Source: Elsinoe ampelina (Eukaryota). Taken from it: DNA of 51,245 nucleotides. Position 1 is the first letter of the stretch; each line of letters starts with the position of its first letter. Shown here one piece after another: positions 22,020-34,600 of this stretch. The position numbers and the translations under genes were made by a program. The DNA lies in the NCBI GenBank assembly GCA_010093995.1, contig ML992507.1, forward strand, positions 875,353 to 926,597, given 5' to 3'. Below the pieces are notes generated by a model. It did not search any database and was not told the origin of the DNA. It saw only the letters and a list, made by a program, of their open reading frames with translations.

Positions 22020-23410
22020 ATGCCACCCAAGAAGGCCGTCAAGGAAGAGAAGATCCTCTTGGGTCGCCCAGGAAACAGCTTGAAGAGTGGTATCGTCGGT
22101 CTTGCAAACGTGGGAAAGTCGACACTTTTCCAGGCCATCACGAAATGCTCGCTTGGTAACCCTGCAAACTTTCCCTACGCCACTATCGACCCAGAAGAAG
22201 CTCGAGTCATTGTACCAGATGATCGCTTCGACTGGTTGGTATCACAATACAAGCCAAAGTCGGTGGTCCCGGCCAACTTGACAGTCTACGATATCGCTGG
22301 TCTGACGAGGGGTGCCTCGACCGGTGCCGGTCTTGGAAACGCTTTCTTGTCACACATCCGCGCAGTCGATGCTATCTTCCAGGTAGTACGATGCTTCGAC
22401 GATGCAGAGATTATTCACGTCGAGGGTGACGTGAACCCCACAAGAGATCTGGACATTATCAGCGAAGAGTTGAGGATCAAGGATATCGAGTTCGTGGAGA
22501 AAGCACATGAAGCTTTGGTCAAGCAGACCAGACGAGGCGGTCAAAGTCTGGAGATGAAGAAGCTCAAGGAGGAGCAAGCTACAGTGGAGAAGATTCTTGA
22601 ACACCTCAAGTCTGGCAAAGACGTACGGAAAAATAATTGGGGTCCAAAAGAGGTATGTCTCCATTCCGTTTCGTGCCTAACCACACCCCCTACTTTCCTG
22701 ATGAACAAGAGCTACTAGCTCGAATAATCCCAGCTCTTCGAACTCCTCACACATACCAACGCGAGGAGACATGAGACGATGTCCCGTCTGATCCTTTGTC
22801 ACTCTTCTGCTAGCTATTTGCTCACGACATTGATGTGCTTCATGCTGACAGCAATCAGGTCGAGGTCATTAACCCTCTCATGCTGCTCACAGCCAAGCCA
22901 GTCGTCTTCCTGGTGAATCTGAGTGAGAAGGATTACATCAGACAAAAGAACAAGCATCTTCCCAAAATCGCAGAATGGTGCAAAGAGCACGCCCCTGGGG
23001 ACCCAATCATTCCCATTTCCGTCTGTTTCGAGGAGCGACTCACCCGATTCGAGACCGATGCCGCCGCCGAGGAGGAGGCGAAGAGCCTCGGCACCAAATC
23101 AGCACTTCCAAAGGTCATCACAACCATGCGCAAGGCTCTCAACCTTGGCAGCTTCTTCACGGTCGGACCAGATGAGGTACGGCAATGGACCATCAGGAAC
23201 GGAACCAAAGCGCCACAAGCAGCTGGTGTGATCCATACCGACTTTGAGAAGACGTTCATCCAGGCAGTCGTGTTCAACTACAATGTCCTCAAGGAGGAGG
23301 GCGACGAAGCTACGGTGAAGGCCAAGGGTAAGATCATGACAAAGGGCAAGGATTACGTTGTAGAGGATGGAGATATCTTGCTCATCAAGGCCGGTGCGGC
23401 AAAGTCATAG
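22020..23410 (+). CDS. OLA1: Obg-like ATPase 1 (OLA1/YchF); 2 exons
   Basis: [29 protein letters not shown] domain ([36 protein letters not shown]). Intron 22653-22858. Confidence 0.97.
22699..22791 (+). ncRNA. Candidate intronic box C/D snoRNA or other structured RNA in the OLA1 intron
   Basis: TGATGA at 22699-22704 and CTGA at 22788-22791. Internal hairpins AAGAGCT/AGCTCTT (22707-22738) and CTCCTC/GAGGAG (22743-22768). The intron is 206 nt versus ~50 nt for most introns in the window. Confidence 0.45.
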
Positions 23411-23655
23411 ACATGACCAATGTGGACGCAGTTCTCAGCATCGCCATCAACTCACGATCAGATGACTGGGTTGGATGCATTACCCTCTCGACATTAGCGA
23501 GAGAGTGACCCGAAGAAAGATACCAAATGTGAATAAACGATTTTCAATTCCCAAGCATCGCCAATACTAACCGATGCATTACAATTAATTTATTAGGTAC
23601 AAGTACATCCCCTTCTCATTTACCCCCTAGTCCCAAACCTCTCATTCCGTCACAA

Positions 23656-24837
23656 TTACAAAGCAGCAGCAAACAAAGCCGCCACGACCGCCACACCCGC
23701 ACCAACCTTCTCCTTACTCGCCGCACCCGTGAACCTCACCGGCCCCGAGCTCGTCGCGCTCGCCGCCTTCGTCGTCCCAGACGCAGTCATAGTCGCGACC
23801 GTCGTCCCGTTGGCCCCAGCAGTCGGCTTCACGGTCGCCGACGCCGAATTGGCGAGATAACTAGCCGAGTTCAAGAAGCCACTGCAGATCCCGTTCTGGC
23901 ACGTGTTGGTCGCGCACTGGGCGTCGCTCGTGCAGGCGGCGTTGAATTTGCCGCACGACTTGATCTGCATGCTGGTCGAGGCGAAGCATTGTGCTCCGTT
24001 GGCGCATTGGGTGGTGTCGGCGCAGTCGGCGCCGAGTGGGAGGGTGCCTGGTGCGGCGACGATGGGGGAGGCGGTGGAGGTGGTGGTTGATGAGGCGGAG
24101 GAGGATGAGGAGAGGAAGCCGTTGCAGAGGCCGTTGTTGCAGGTGTTGGTCGCGCACTGGGCGTCGCTCGTGCAGGCGGCGTTGAATTTGCCGCATGACT
24201 TGATCTGCATGCTGGTCGAGGCGAAGCATTGTGCTCCGTTGGCGCATTGGGTGGTGTCGGCGCAGTCGGCGCCGAGTGGGAGGGTGCCTGGTGCGGCGAC
24301 TACGGTGGAGGACGGGGCGGACGAGGGGCCGGCTGCGACGATTGAGGTGGCGGCGGAGGTGGTGGAGGAGGATGAGGAGAGGAAGCCGTTGCAGAGTCCG
24401 TTGTTGCAGGTGTTGGTTGCGCATTGGGAGTTGCTCGTGCAGGCGGCGTTGAATTTGCCGCATGACTTGATCTGCATGCTAGTCGAGGCGAAGCACTGCG
24501 CTCCACCTGCGCATTGGGTGGTGTCGGCGCATTCGGCGCCGAGAGGGAGGCTGCCGGCTGCTGCAACTACGGTGGAGGAAGGGGCGGACGAGGGTCCCAT
24601 GTTGGTGGCGGTGGTGGAGCTGGCGGTCGAGAGGGAGGCGGTAGCTGAGGCACAGTACTCGCGAGTCCTCGCATTATCCTCGCCGGTACAGGTAGCGAGA
24701 TCGCACTCACAGGCGACTGTGGCACGGCCGGAAGCCAAGCATTTGTTAAAGTCACCCTGGCAATCGCGCTGGCGCTCGATGAGGGTGGCGGAGGCAGCGA
24801 GGGCGAAAGCCGTGGAGAGGAGGATAGAGGTACGCAT
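23656..24837 (-). CDS. Secreted Cys-rich repeat cell-surface protein, probably GPI-anchored
   Basis: Signal peptide MRTSILLSTAFALAASA; N-terminal 6-Cys domain; three copies of an 8-Cys module LPLGA.CADTTQCA.GAQCFASTSMQIKSCGKFNAACTS..QCATNTC.NG.C.GFL separated by S/T linkers; FTGAA plus hydrophobic C-terminus. Confidence 0.9.
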   Translation of the reverse strand: MRTSILLSTAFALAASATLIERQRDCQGDFNKCLASGRATVACECDLATCTGEDNARTREYCASATASLSTASSTTATNMGPSSAPSSTVVAAAGSLPLGAECADTTQCAGGAQCFASTSMQIKSCGKFNAACTSNSQCATNTCNNGLCNGFLSSSSSTTSAATSIVAAGPSSAPSSTVVAAPGTLPLGADCADTTQCANGAQCFASTSMQIKSCGKFNAACTSDAQCATNTCNNGLCNGFLSSSSSASSTTTSTASPIVAAPGTLPLGADCADTTQCANGAQCFASTSMQIKSCGKFNAACTSDAQCATNTCQNGICSGFLNSASYLANSASATVKPTAGANGTTVATMTASGTTKAASATSSGPVRFTGAASKEKVGAGVAVVAALFAAAL

Positions 24838-27800
24838 GGTGAATGATGTTATGAGTGTTGCTGAGTCTGCAATGGAATGGTGCTGGAGTTATTGGCTGGT
24901 GGTGATGAGGATGATAGTGAAGCCAGGGTGCGGCCTTATATCTCTTCTCAGCCAGAGCAATTGTCTAGCGACCGAAGATCCAGACTTGACCGTATTCTAT
25001 GAACAAATGACGCTTTTAGACTTTGTTCTCGTATCCAGCGTTCGAAGATCGTCGCCGTTACGACGGAGGTTCCGTCTAATTCGTAAAGCTTAACTGTATT
25101 TTATGCAAGGAGTCGATCTTGTATTCTTCCTTACTTCCTCATCGAAGAAATTCTGCACTTGAAGATTTGAGCAATTACAAGGTGTTTGTTGTGTGTGAAC
25201 TCCTGCTTGTTAATTGTGAGATTCACGAATAGCTGCTCTGCGGATAGCCTTCACTCACCGATTTGAATTTGGTACCAGCAATATTGGCCACCATGAAACC
25301 AATAGCCGATGGATGATCGCCCGGGGGAAGAGATCTACACGATCCGACCTGCACAAGAAGAACCGGGCTCTTTTGAGACTCTGACATCATGTTTCCTTTT
25401 CAAATCCTATGCTGAGCTATTTTTGGCCCTGGACCTGGGGCAGGTCGAACGGTCCCGGTTGTAACATAGTAACCGTTAAGCCTCAATTCGCTCATCACCG
25501 GGCCATCAAACTTCCGCTCTTTAAAGGTGGCGGGCGAGCTCAGGGTGGTCCTAGCATCAATGGCATTCAGCGGGACTTGATCTAGCTTCATACCTTGGCG
25601 TACAGTCAACGGGAGAGCTGGCTATGCTGAAGCCCCGGGGTCCTGACGCACGGCAAGGTGGCCGCAGTCCAAGAGATTGCCTTGGTCGACCCGTGCTGCC
25701 CAAGAAAGCTTCCAGCGACTGTATGTAGATCCTCTCGTACCAGATACTCTCGTCTGCCCAGCTAGAGACGGCAGCGCGCTGCATCGTGAACCATGCATTG
25801 TTCACGCTGACGTACTGCGGTTTCGAGAGAAAGCGAGATTCCTGCATTGTATATTGGAGATCCCCAGCGACCCCAGATGAAGAAACGTCCTGCACTCTTA
25901 GTAGTAGCCGTCACTGAGTACGCACTGACTGGATTATTATATAAAGATTTCGACAATGCGGTTCTGTTCCGTCGGTTCTGTGGCAGGAGACAATCTGGCT
26001 CAGAGAATCCGAGATACAACGAATTGTTTGGTACTGTCGCCTCGGTATCCCCACCTCGGTCTTGGGTACAAGAGGCGGCTTGTTACCGCAACGCCAGCCT
26101 GCTGTGGCTCGATTGTGTTGCGCAGCCCAAGTGTCGTGAAGGTGCACGGGAGCAACGTCTCTGAGGTATTAGCATGCTCAACAGAAGTCGTATAGGACGC
26201 ATTCCTTGATCAACAGTCTCACTTCGACACGAGTATTGAAAGTCATGAGCCCGAGCCCAGAGGTTTCGATTGCCACACAAGATTCCTGGCATTCAATGGA
26301 GAGTCGTATTGACCGTTCCAAGAGCCCTGACAGCTTTGGCATGGTATAACTGCTCGGATACCTTCACTCAGCTAAGGCTCCAGCCAGCCACCCAGTCACT
26401 CTCGTATGACGATGCATGTTGCGGTGATCCTGCGGCAATCGTACTCCAACCTGGAGGATAGGATGTTCTCAATGCATTAAAGGTCGGACAAGGTGGTAGC
26501 GATCAGATCATGCGTAGGAGGGTGAGTAGTGCGGACTGAAGGCAATCGTGTGCCATCATAGATCATTGCTCGATTCGAGAAGGCGATGGCATATTAGCAG
26601 CCGGATGACATAAGATATAATAGCAGGACATACGTCCTCGTGGGTCTTGCCAGCCCTGATCGGTGGTATCGAGAATCGGAACAATGGGAAGAAGAACGCG
26701 AAGTGTTATTTAGGCAGGCTTCGACCCGGAGGCCTCAGAGGTCCGCAAAGTAGCTTTCACGCTATTCTTGCTCCCAAAAATCCCGGGATAAGCTTGGCGC
26801 GGCCTCCGCGAATTTGCGTGACTAGATACCAATTTACCCCTAAACAACACTCCTAACACGGTTTACACCCCCTATGAAGCTGTAATTAAGCTAGATAACT
26901 GACTAATATAGGGATTAAGAGTGTATTAATGTCCCTATTAACTAATATTTCCACCTAAGCTTAAATTAGCTATTAGCGTGCCCTTACTAATTTACTTAAC
27001 TTCTCTATAGTGTTACTACTACTAGATAACCTTTCTACTGTTTCCGAACAGTCTCTAACTCCTTAGCCTAAGAGTAGTTATAAGATTAATAAAGAGTAGT
27101 TAACTATATATCCTAGTTAATATATAATACAATTATATACTTCTCTAGATACTAGAAGGTTATTACTACTCTTAAACTTAAAGTAAATACCTACTCTGCC
27201 GAGCAATAGTAATACTTAGTTAAGTGCTTAAAATATTTAATTTTAAGAGCCTCTAGTATTAGAGAAGCCTATTAAATACTCTTAGAGTAACTTATATTAC
27301 TCCGGCTACTTAATAGCTAGTAAGTTACCTTTAACCTTTAAGCCTAAGCCTATCTATTTAAAACTACTAACTTATTATAAGAGAAGTAAGCCTTAAGCTA
27401 CTACTATAGAAACAAGTAAGGAGGAGAAGGCGCTAGTTATAAAGGCTATTAAGAAGACTCTACTAAAGTAGCTAATAAAAGAGACTAAAAGTGCTACTAG
27501 TCTAAGAACTTATACTTATACTAAGAGTAACCCTCGATAACCTCTCTAAGTACTATATAATAGTAATACTAATAAACGAATACTATAAGGAGCTTTAGAA
27601 GGTTAAAGAGGTGCCTAGTACTCTATTTCTAAGGCCTCTAGTACTTATAGTATAGTATTATTATTACTAAGGGGTCGATAGGTATTAAGCTAGTAAAAGG
27701 CTTTACTACTAGCTAGCTCGTAGCTACGAGTTATTAATTTCCTTTTAAGGTAGATTACTAACCTTAATAGAGATATAATTAGTAATATAGAGAGTGCTAG

Positions 27801-30733
27801 TAATACTAGTAAGAGTCTATTTAGCCTCTAGCTAGATTTATACTACCTTATCGACTAGATTACTAGCTAAAGGAGAGTTAATATATAGTTTAAGAAGCGT
27901 AATACTAAGCTCTTTAACTATGTAAATACTATTAAACTATATATAGTCTTTAAGGATTTTAACGCTCTATATAGAGTAGTTTTTAAGTTAGGTTAGGTAC
28001 TAGAATTACTACCTATAACCTAACCTATAGCGATACTAGTACCTAAAGCTTAGCAACTGTAACCCTCTAAGCCTTAGGTAGTGTTACTTAGCCTTAGGTA
28101 TATAGTTAGTTATAGTGTTACTTATAATACTACCTAATAGTACCTATAGGTACCTAAGAGTTAAGGAGTAGATATATATCTTAAGAACTTAAGATTTAGA
28201 AATTAAAATTTAAAAGTTAAAGGTTATAATTACGTTTATTAATTATGCTAATCTTGCTAGCACCTCCTATCTACTCTTATAGCCTATGCCTTACTTACTT
28301 ATCTACCTTTATAGAATAATTGTCCTTACTATAAACTATCTAATTGTCCTAGTTATATGTATTAAACTTTGTATAATAGCGACGAGCAAGCTATAAATCT
28401 TTCTAGTTAATAGTAACTTACTTAGTATAAATGCAATTAAGGTTTATATATAAGAATATTAGTATCTATAATAGCATTAAATTCAAATAATAGATACCTT
28501 CTATATACCTAACAATAAATGCCTCTATTACTTTCTAAAGTACTTTAAGAGCTTTAGATTAGATATAAAAGCTTTTACCTTAACGAATATAGTCTCTAAT
28601 AATCTTACGGATAAGGCAGCTAAAGAGAAGCTTATAGTAGAGAAGTTTAGTTAACTTCTAGTAGCGATAAATCTCTTAGAGAGCAATAGCTATATAGTAT
28701 TAGTAATATAACGTAATAATTAATTATAATAATTATACTACTAGTCTTAAACTTGTTCTTCTTTCTAGAAGTAATAGTTGTCTTACGAGGTTACTTAGTA
28801 GTAGAAGCCTTAGGTCTACTAGACAACTTGCCCTTATAACTATAACTATAGGTTAGTACTATAGTACCTCTCTTAGGAGGTATAGTTACTATTACTACTA
28901 AGGATAGAGTCTTAGGAGGTACTTATAATATAAAGTAATCTTATAGTAGTAAGGGTAAGGTAGTAGAGGGCATAGAAAGTAACGAGGTAGATATAGTAGT
29001 AGTATAAAGAAAGATAAGTAGAAAGAGAAGAGGTAAAAGGGGTAGAAGAAGAGAAATATATAATAAGAAGAGAAATACGTAATAATTTAGTAGCTAGTAA
29101 TAGCACGGCTAACAATAGAAATATAATATTATAATAGAAATATAAAATTAGCAAATTAGAAATATATAGTATATAGAATACTTACTTATTATAATATTAT
29201 TTATAATAGTAGGGCATATAATATTAGATTTGTTCGAACGCTTAGAAGAAGAGAAATCTAGACATTATAGGGTACTAACAATAAGTACGTAATAATCTAG
29301 CGTAATAATACAATACTAATTTAGTATACTATAATTCTTAAAAACCTTATATTTTATATTTTATATTCTACCCTAGCTACCTTATTATTACTTTATATAT
29401 AGTAGAAGGCTATATTACTCTCCTCTATTCTCCTTCTTCTTCTATTAACTTCCTTTCTTCTTGTCTCTACTGCTCTTTTATTTCTACGCTCTTAAGTTTA
29501 ACTTTTATATCTTATTTTACTATAGTAACCTCTCTAGATACTCCTATAGCTAATATACCTTCTAATACCTCTCCTAGTAGCTCTCCTAAGATTAAGAATA
29601 AGTTTAATAAGTTTAAAACTATAATAGAGGTAATTATTATAGCGTTTTATTACGAGTATTAAGCTAATAGGTATAGGGCTTTAGGTCTAAGTAGGCTAAA
29701 ATCGAATACTAGATCCTTTAGCGTAGTTAAGGCAGCAAGGCACATCACAGTTGTCTAACTAGTTTTAAAGCAGGTTTAAGTAAGCCTTTAAAGTAGAATA
29801 TTTAGAATATTATACGCCGAGATAAAGATACTTAATAGTCGGCTAAGGTTAAGGCACTTAAAGTAGCTAGAGATACTAATCGTAGCATAAAGAGGAATTT
29901 ACTTAAGAAGTTTAATATAAATACTAAAGTCTAGAACCTTAGTAAAGAAGTAAAGGTAGAACTCCTCGTAGAAAAGATTAAGAAAATAAAGTAGCGCCGT
30001 TTCAACGCCTAGTAAAGCTATATAATTATACTACTATATTATTACGTTTAACACTAATAGATTATAGATAAATAGCTATCTAGCAAGTTTAGAAAAGTCT
30101 ATATTAAATAGTAGCGCATTAGAAAATTTGCTATATGTTAAGAGTATATAGAAGTCCTTATAAAGGTAAAGGTAGCTTATACTACTAAGTCTAGCAAGGA
30201 GAATAATATATTAAGAGTAGCTAAGTAGATATATAGTTCTAGCGGAATTCTCGAGAAGCTTAAGTATAAGATCTATATAGCTAGTACTACTAAGCTTACT
30301 ATTAATAAAGGTACTAATAAGAATACTAAGAAGAAGTACTTAAAGTTTATCTAGAAACTTAGTAAGGAGAGTAGGCTTACTACTATCTCTAATCCTAACT
30401 AGTAGTAAGTTCCCTATTATTATTATATATTATTATTACGTTAGTATACTAACAAATAGTAGAGCTTATAATTCTACGCCTCTAGCTAAGTATTAACTAC
30501 TTAAGCTAATCTATCTTATAGATAAAGGTAAATATATAAAGCCTAACAACAATAACAAGTGTAAAGAAGTATATAAGCTAGACTATAACTCTAAGATCGA
30601 GAAACTAGCTAATAAGTATAAGACAGACAAGTAATATACGAAGTTTAAGAGGTTTTCCTCTAATAAGGATAAGATTATTAATAAGGAAGAGAGGGTTAAA
30701 GTAGAGAGTTCTTTAGAGAGTAGAGATAAGGAG

Positions 30734-30820
30734 AAGAATAATAATAAGAATAATAATAAGAATAATAATAAGAATAATAATAAGAATAATAATAAGAATA
30801 ATAATAAGAATAATAATAAG
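30734..30820 (+). repeat. 12-bp tandem repeat (AAGAATAATAAT) x7, probably a RIPed acidic (E/D) coding tract
   Basis: Directly visible tandem array. Reverting G->A changes gives GAG/GAT codons near the end of a plus-strand cargo gene remnant. Confidence 0.7.
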
Positions 30821-31949
30821 GAAAGAAATAAGGAAATAGTTAATACTAAGAAAGATAAATTTACTAGCTTTAACTAGTGGATTTTCTATACTATAATTAA
30901 CTACTAAGTAGTTTAATCTATAGTATAGTCCGGCCCTTTTATAGATTTAAGTTTTATAACGAGATCTCTTCCTATATAGCTACTATTGTTATTTATGCTT
31001 CTAATTGTTACCTCTAATAATAGTAAATTATCTATATTATTACTTCTAACGATAGATTTCTATTACTATTATTGCTACAAACAATAGGAGGTACTAGATA
31101 TATATACTATCTCGTTCCTATTTATTCTTCTTTCTAAAACCTCTCTTCCTTATTATTATAGCTTCTCGCGTATAACTCTATCTCGACCTAGGAGATCTAA
31201 TCCTCTACTAGCCTCGTACTATAACTCGTAGCGACTACGCTAGGCTACTATACTTACGTTAGTGTAAAGCTTATATCTACTATATAACTAAGTAATTTAT
31301 TAATAGCGAGAAAAGGTAGACTACTTATATCTATAATAATAATAGAGGCTCCGAACTTTACTATAAGGCCTATCGCTCTTATAATACCCCTTATAACTTT
31401 ATTAGTATTCCTAATCTAATACTACTACATTCTCTAATAAGTATTAGTATAATAGCTCCTAGACTAATAATATTTTTAACCTTATCGATATATAGCATAT
31501 ACTTAATCGTCGCTATCTTAATCTTATCTAGGATTAGATTATAATCTTTAATATATACTATAGTATTAAACGCTAGTAGGACGAGCTAGATAATTCTAAA
31601 TCCTAAGGATCTTAATAGTTCTAATTCTTCTAGTAACTAGTTTAGTAGTACAATGTAAATAAAGCGTCGGTAGGCTAATAGCTTTAGTAAGTTTTTTATA
31701 ATATAGATATACCTTTAATTTTACAAATTTTCTACTCTACTCTAATATAGATATGTCTTTAATTTTAATTATGTTACCTATTCCTTAGCTCCTATATAAT
31801 ATAAGTCTAGCCTATAGAAATTAATATACCTCTTACTTTAAAGTTTCTATAGTATAGTATAGAATTTATTATTACGTATTATAAATACATTAATAAACAT
31901 TCTATAACAAGTTATCTACCTTTATTAAATGACATAATCTACACTAATT

Positions 31950-34600
31950 AACATGTCTAGAGCTTCTAACTCTAAGTCGGTACTTAACCTATAACTTAGA
32001 GATACTATATATTTCTCTCTAGCTATTCTAGTAGAATTACGTAGCTTTATAATCTCCGCTTAGAATATTAGACACGATAGTAGAATATAACAATTATAAC
32101 TCCTTAAATGCTTGCCTTTTTAACCTAGTAAGAGATCTAAGAATTAACCTCTATAATAAGCCTAGAAAGACTAGTAGGGTCGAATAATTATAGTATCTAT
32201 ATATAGAGAGGGCACAAAAAATACACTAAATTAGAATTCTAAAGCACGTTCTAGAGGTCTATAGACAAATATTATAGAAGCTACTAAGATTTATAATAGA
32301 GAACTATAAGTTATTTATAATAGGTGTAGTAATATACTTACTTATTCTACTTACTATTACACTAGTAATAAAGTAATAGAGAGACATCTTAAGTCCTAGA
32401 AATACACTATAGTTATTAAGTACTACTACGAGTAAAGCTCTACCTAAAAAGCCCTTAAGTAATTATAATAGTATATAACGAGCATTTACTAAATTGTCTC
32501 TCTATTCTCTACTAATACTTTCTACCGTAAGCTTGTTTATATAGTTACTAACTATAACTAGTCTTTCCGTATAGTTAAGCGTCCTACCTTTAGCTAATTC
32601 CTCTACTTTCTCTAACCTAATATTACTATACCTAGCTAGACTCTTTTTTAAGTAATACTAGTAGTATAATTCGAGAGGTTATAAAAATTACTACTTTCTA
32701 ACCTTAGTAAGAATACTAAGCTTTTAATAGCGTTAGATAGATAGTCTACTAATAACTACTTAGGGTTTATTATAATTAAAGGCTATTTTATTAATAACTA
32801 ATAGCAATTATAAGAGCAGCTCCTAGAAATAACACTCCTTTAAGGTCGCTACACTAGTAAAGCTATAGTAAATAAGGTAATATAGGTACTAAAAGATATA
32901 TCGGTTAAGTAACAACTACTCGTAGTTATAGTAGATAATATATTAAACAATAGAACACTCCGAGAGTCTCTCGAAAGAAGCCTAGGTATACTAGATATTA
33001 AGTAAAACGCAAAGGAGAATATAATTCTATACCTAGTATATATTATTAATCTTATTATATAGGACATTATTAAGCATCTAAAACTTAAGACAAGTAAAGA
33101 GATTAACATAGTAGAGAGGTTATAAAACTACTATATCTAGGATATTATAATATTAGTCTCTATTCTAAATTTACTACGGAAGGTATATAACATTTATTAT
33201 ATTGTTTTATTACGTTCTAATATTAGTAAGCTCTATATAATATATATTACAATTAATAGTTCCCTATAATAGTTCAAACGATTTATAGACCTCTAGAAGT
33301 ATCTACTACCTAAGAAGAGGTACTAAGTTATATATAATATTAAGACACGCTAGAATTCGATATATAATATATATAAGTAAGTATTAAAGCTTAAACCTTT
33401 TATTAAGGATTAGCTCGAGAATAAGACTATACTTCGAGTACCGAGGACTTCTTCTAAGGTATTAATATCTAAACTACTCTCTAACGTTAATAACTGTAAC
33501 CTTACTAAGTTATTACTTAATCCGAATAAGTAGTAGCATCTTAAATCTATTATAGTAATACTAGAGAACTTTAAGAAAGTAATAACATAGCTAAGTACTA
33601 GTAGCCGATCTTTTCTCTAGTATATATAGACGATATATAATATACTCTTTAACTTCTTAGATAAAATTAAAGAGGGCCTAATTAGTACTAAGGATTATAA
33701 CAATCTACCTACATAGCTAGCTACTATATAAAAGGTAGTAGTAAAGGGATAAGAGAAGCTTAAGAAATACTATATATAAACTAAGGACAGGAAGGGTATA
33801 CTCTATAACTATATAATAATTCTTAACTCCTCTAAGAAGCTTATAGCATATAATATAAGCGCCTATAGTCTTTCTAGTAAGTAGTAGCTAATAACACTTA
33901 GGATATAGAGACTTAGAAACCTTACTATAAAGACGACTATTATAAGAAGTTCTTATAGTACCTTCGTTAGTATAATAAAATAGACCTCTTAATTGCTTTA
34001 CTAGCCTCTACCTCTAAGCTATTACGTTACTAGCAACGAGACTAGTTTAACTAACTAAAACGAAAGGAGCAAGGTTATACTCTATTACTATAAAGCGATA
34101 GTCTATACTCCTTATTTATTCCCTCGAAGCGTACTATAGTTAAAGAAGATAAGAACTACCTTACGATACTACTAGTCTATATTTAGAAACTTAATGTCTT
34201 ATAGTAGTAGAAAGAGAAGAAGAAAGAATATCTATTACTATTACATATAGTAAAAGATATTCTAGTAATCCTAATTATAGGGGTTAGAGTTAAGTAAGTG
34301 TTTAATATTATAAAGAATATTATTAGTGTATAGAGGCATAAATTAGTAGCCTAAACTATTCGGTAGCTTATAATATTAAAGTATAAGCTTAAAGTAGCCT
34401 CGCTATTAAAATAGATTAATATAGAACTAGAGATAGAGAATAAGGCTACTAATGCTAACGATTTACTTAAATTGTTATTAAGGACTAATATAAATTAACT
34501 AGACGATATTACTATAGTACTAAGCTATAGTAATAATAACTACTCTAAATTAGAGAGAGAGAGAGTATAGAGAGGTCGATAGTATTCTAGTAGAAAGCGT
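31950..34600 (+). pseudogene. RIP-inactivated hAT transposase (boundaries approximate)
   Basis: De-RIPed motifs ALDGWST (~32730), IPCLAHVINL (CxxH, ~33025), DVKTRWNSTYDM (~33340) and the dimerisation domain WWK...YPLL..MAKDILAIP.TGVGVERVF...R..L...TI..LM (~34200-34380). Confidence 0.85.

Noticed and set aside
23903..25093. 396-aa plus-strand repeat ORF, and similar long antisense ORFs over the methyltransferase, URA1-like and FMO genes
   Set aside because: Antisense shadows of real genes caused by biased codon usage.
25400..26700. Intron-like signal (GTGAGA...GCTAAT...CAG, minus strand ~26160-26220) and several short ORFs
   Set aside because: Spliced translations are short and show no recognisable protein features.
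30734..30820. Regular repeat array considered as CRISPR-like or telomeric
   Set aside because: No spacers, eukaryotic context, not TTAGGG; explained as a RIPed acidic-codon tract.
16378..33109. Hydrophobic I/L/Y-rich ORFs in the AT-rich islands (16378-16611, 28912-29154, 32849-33109)
   Set aside because: Artefacts of RIP-shifted composition inside transposons.
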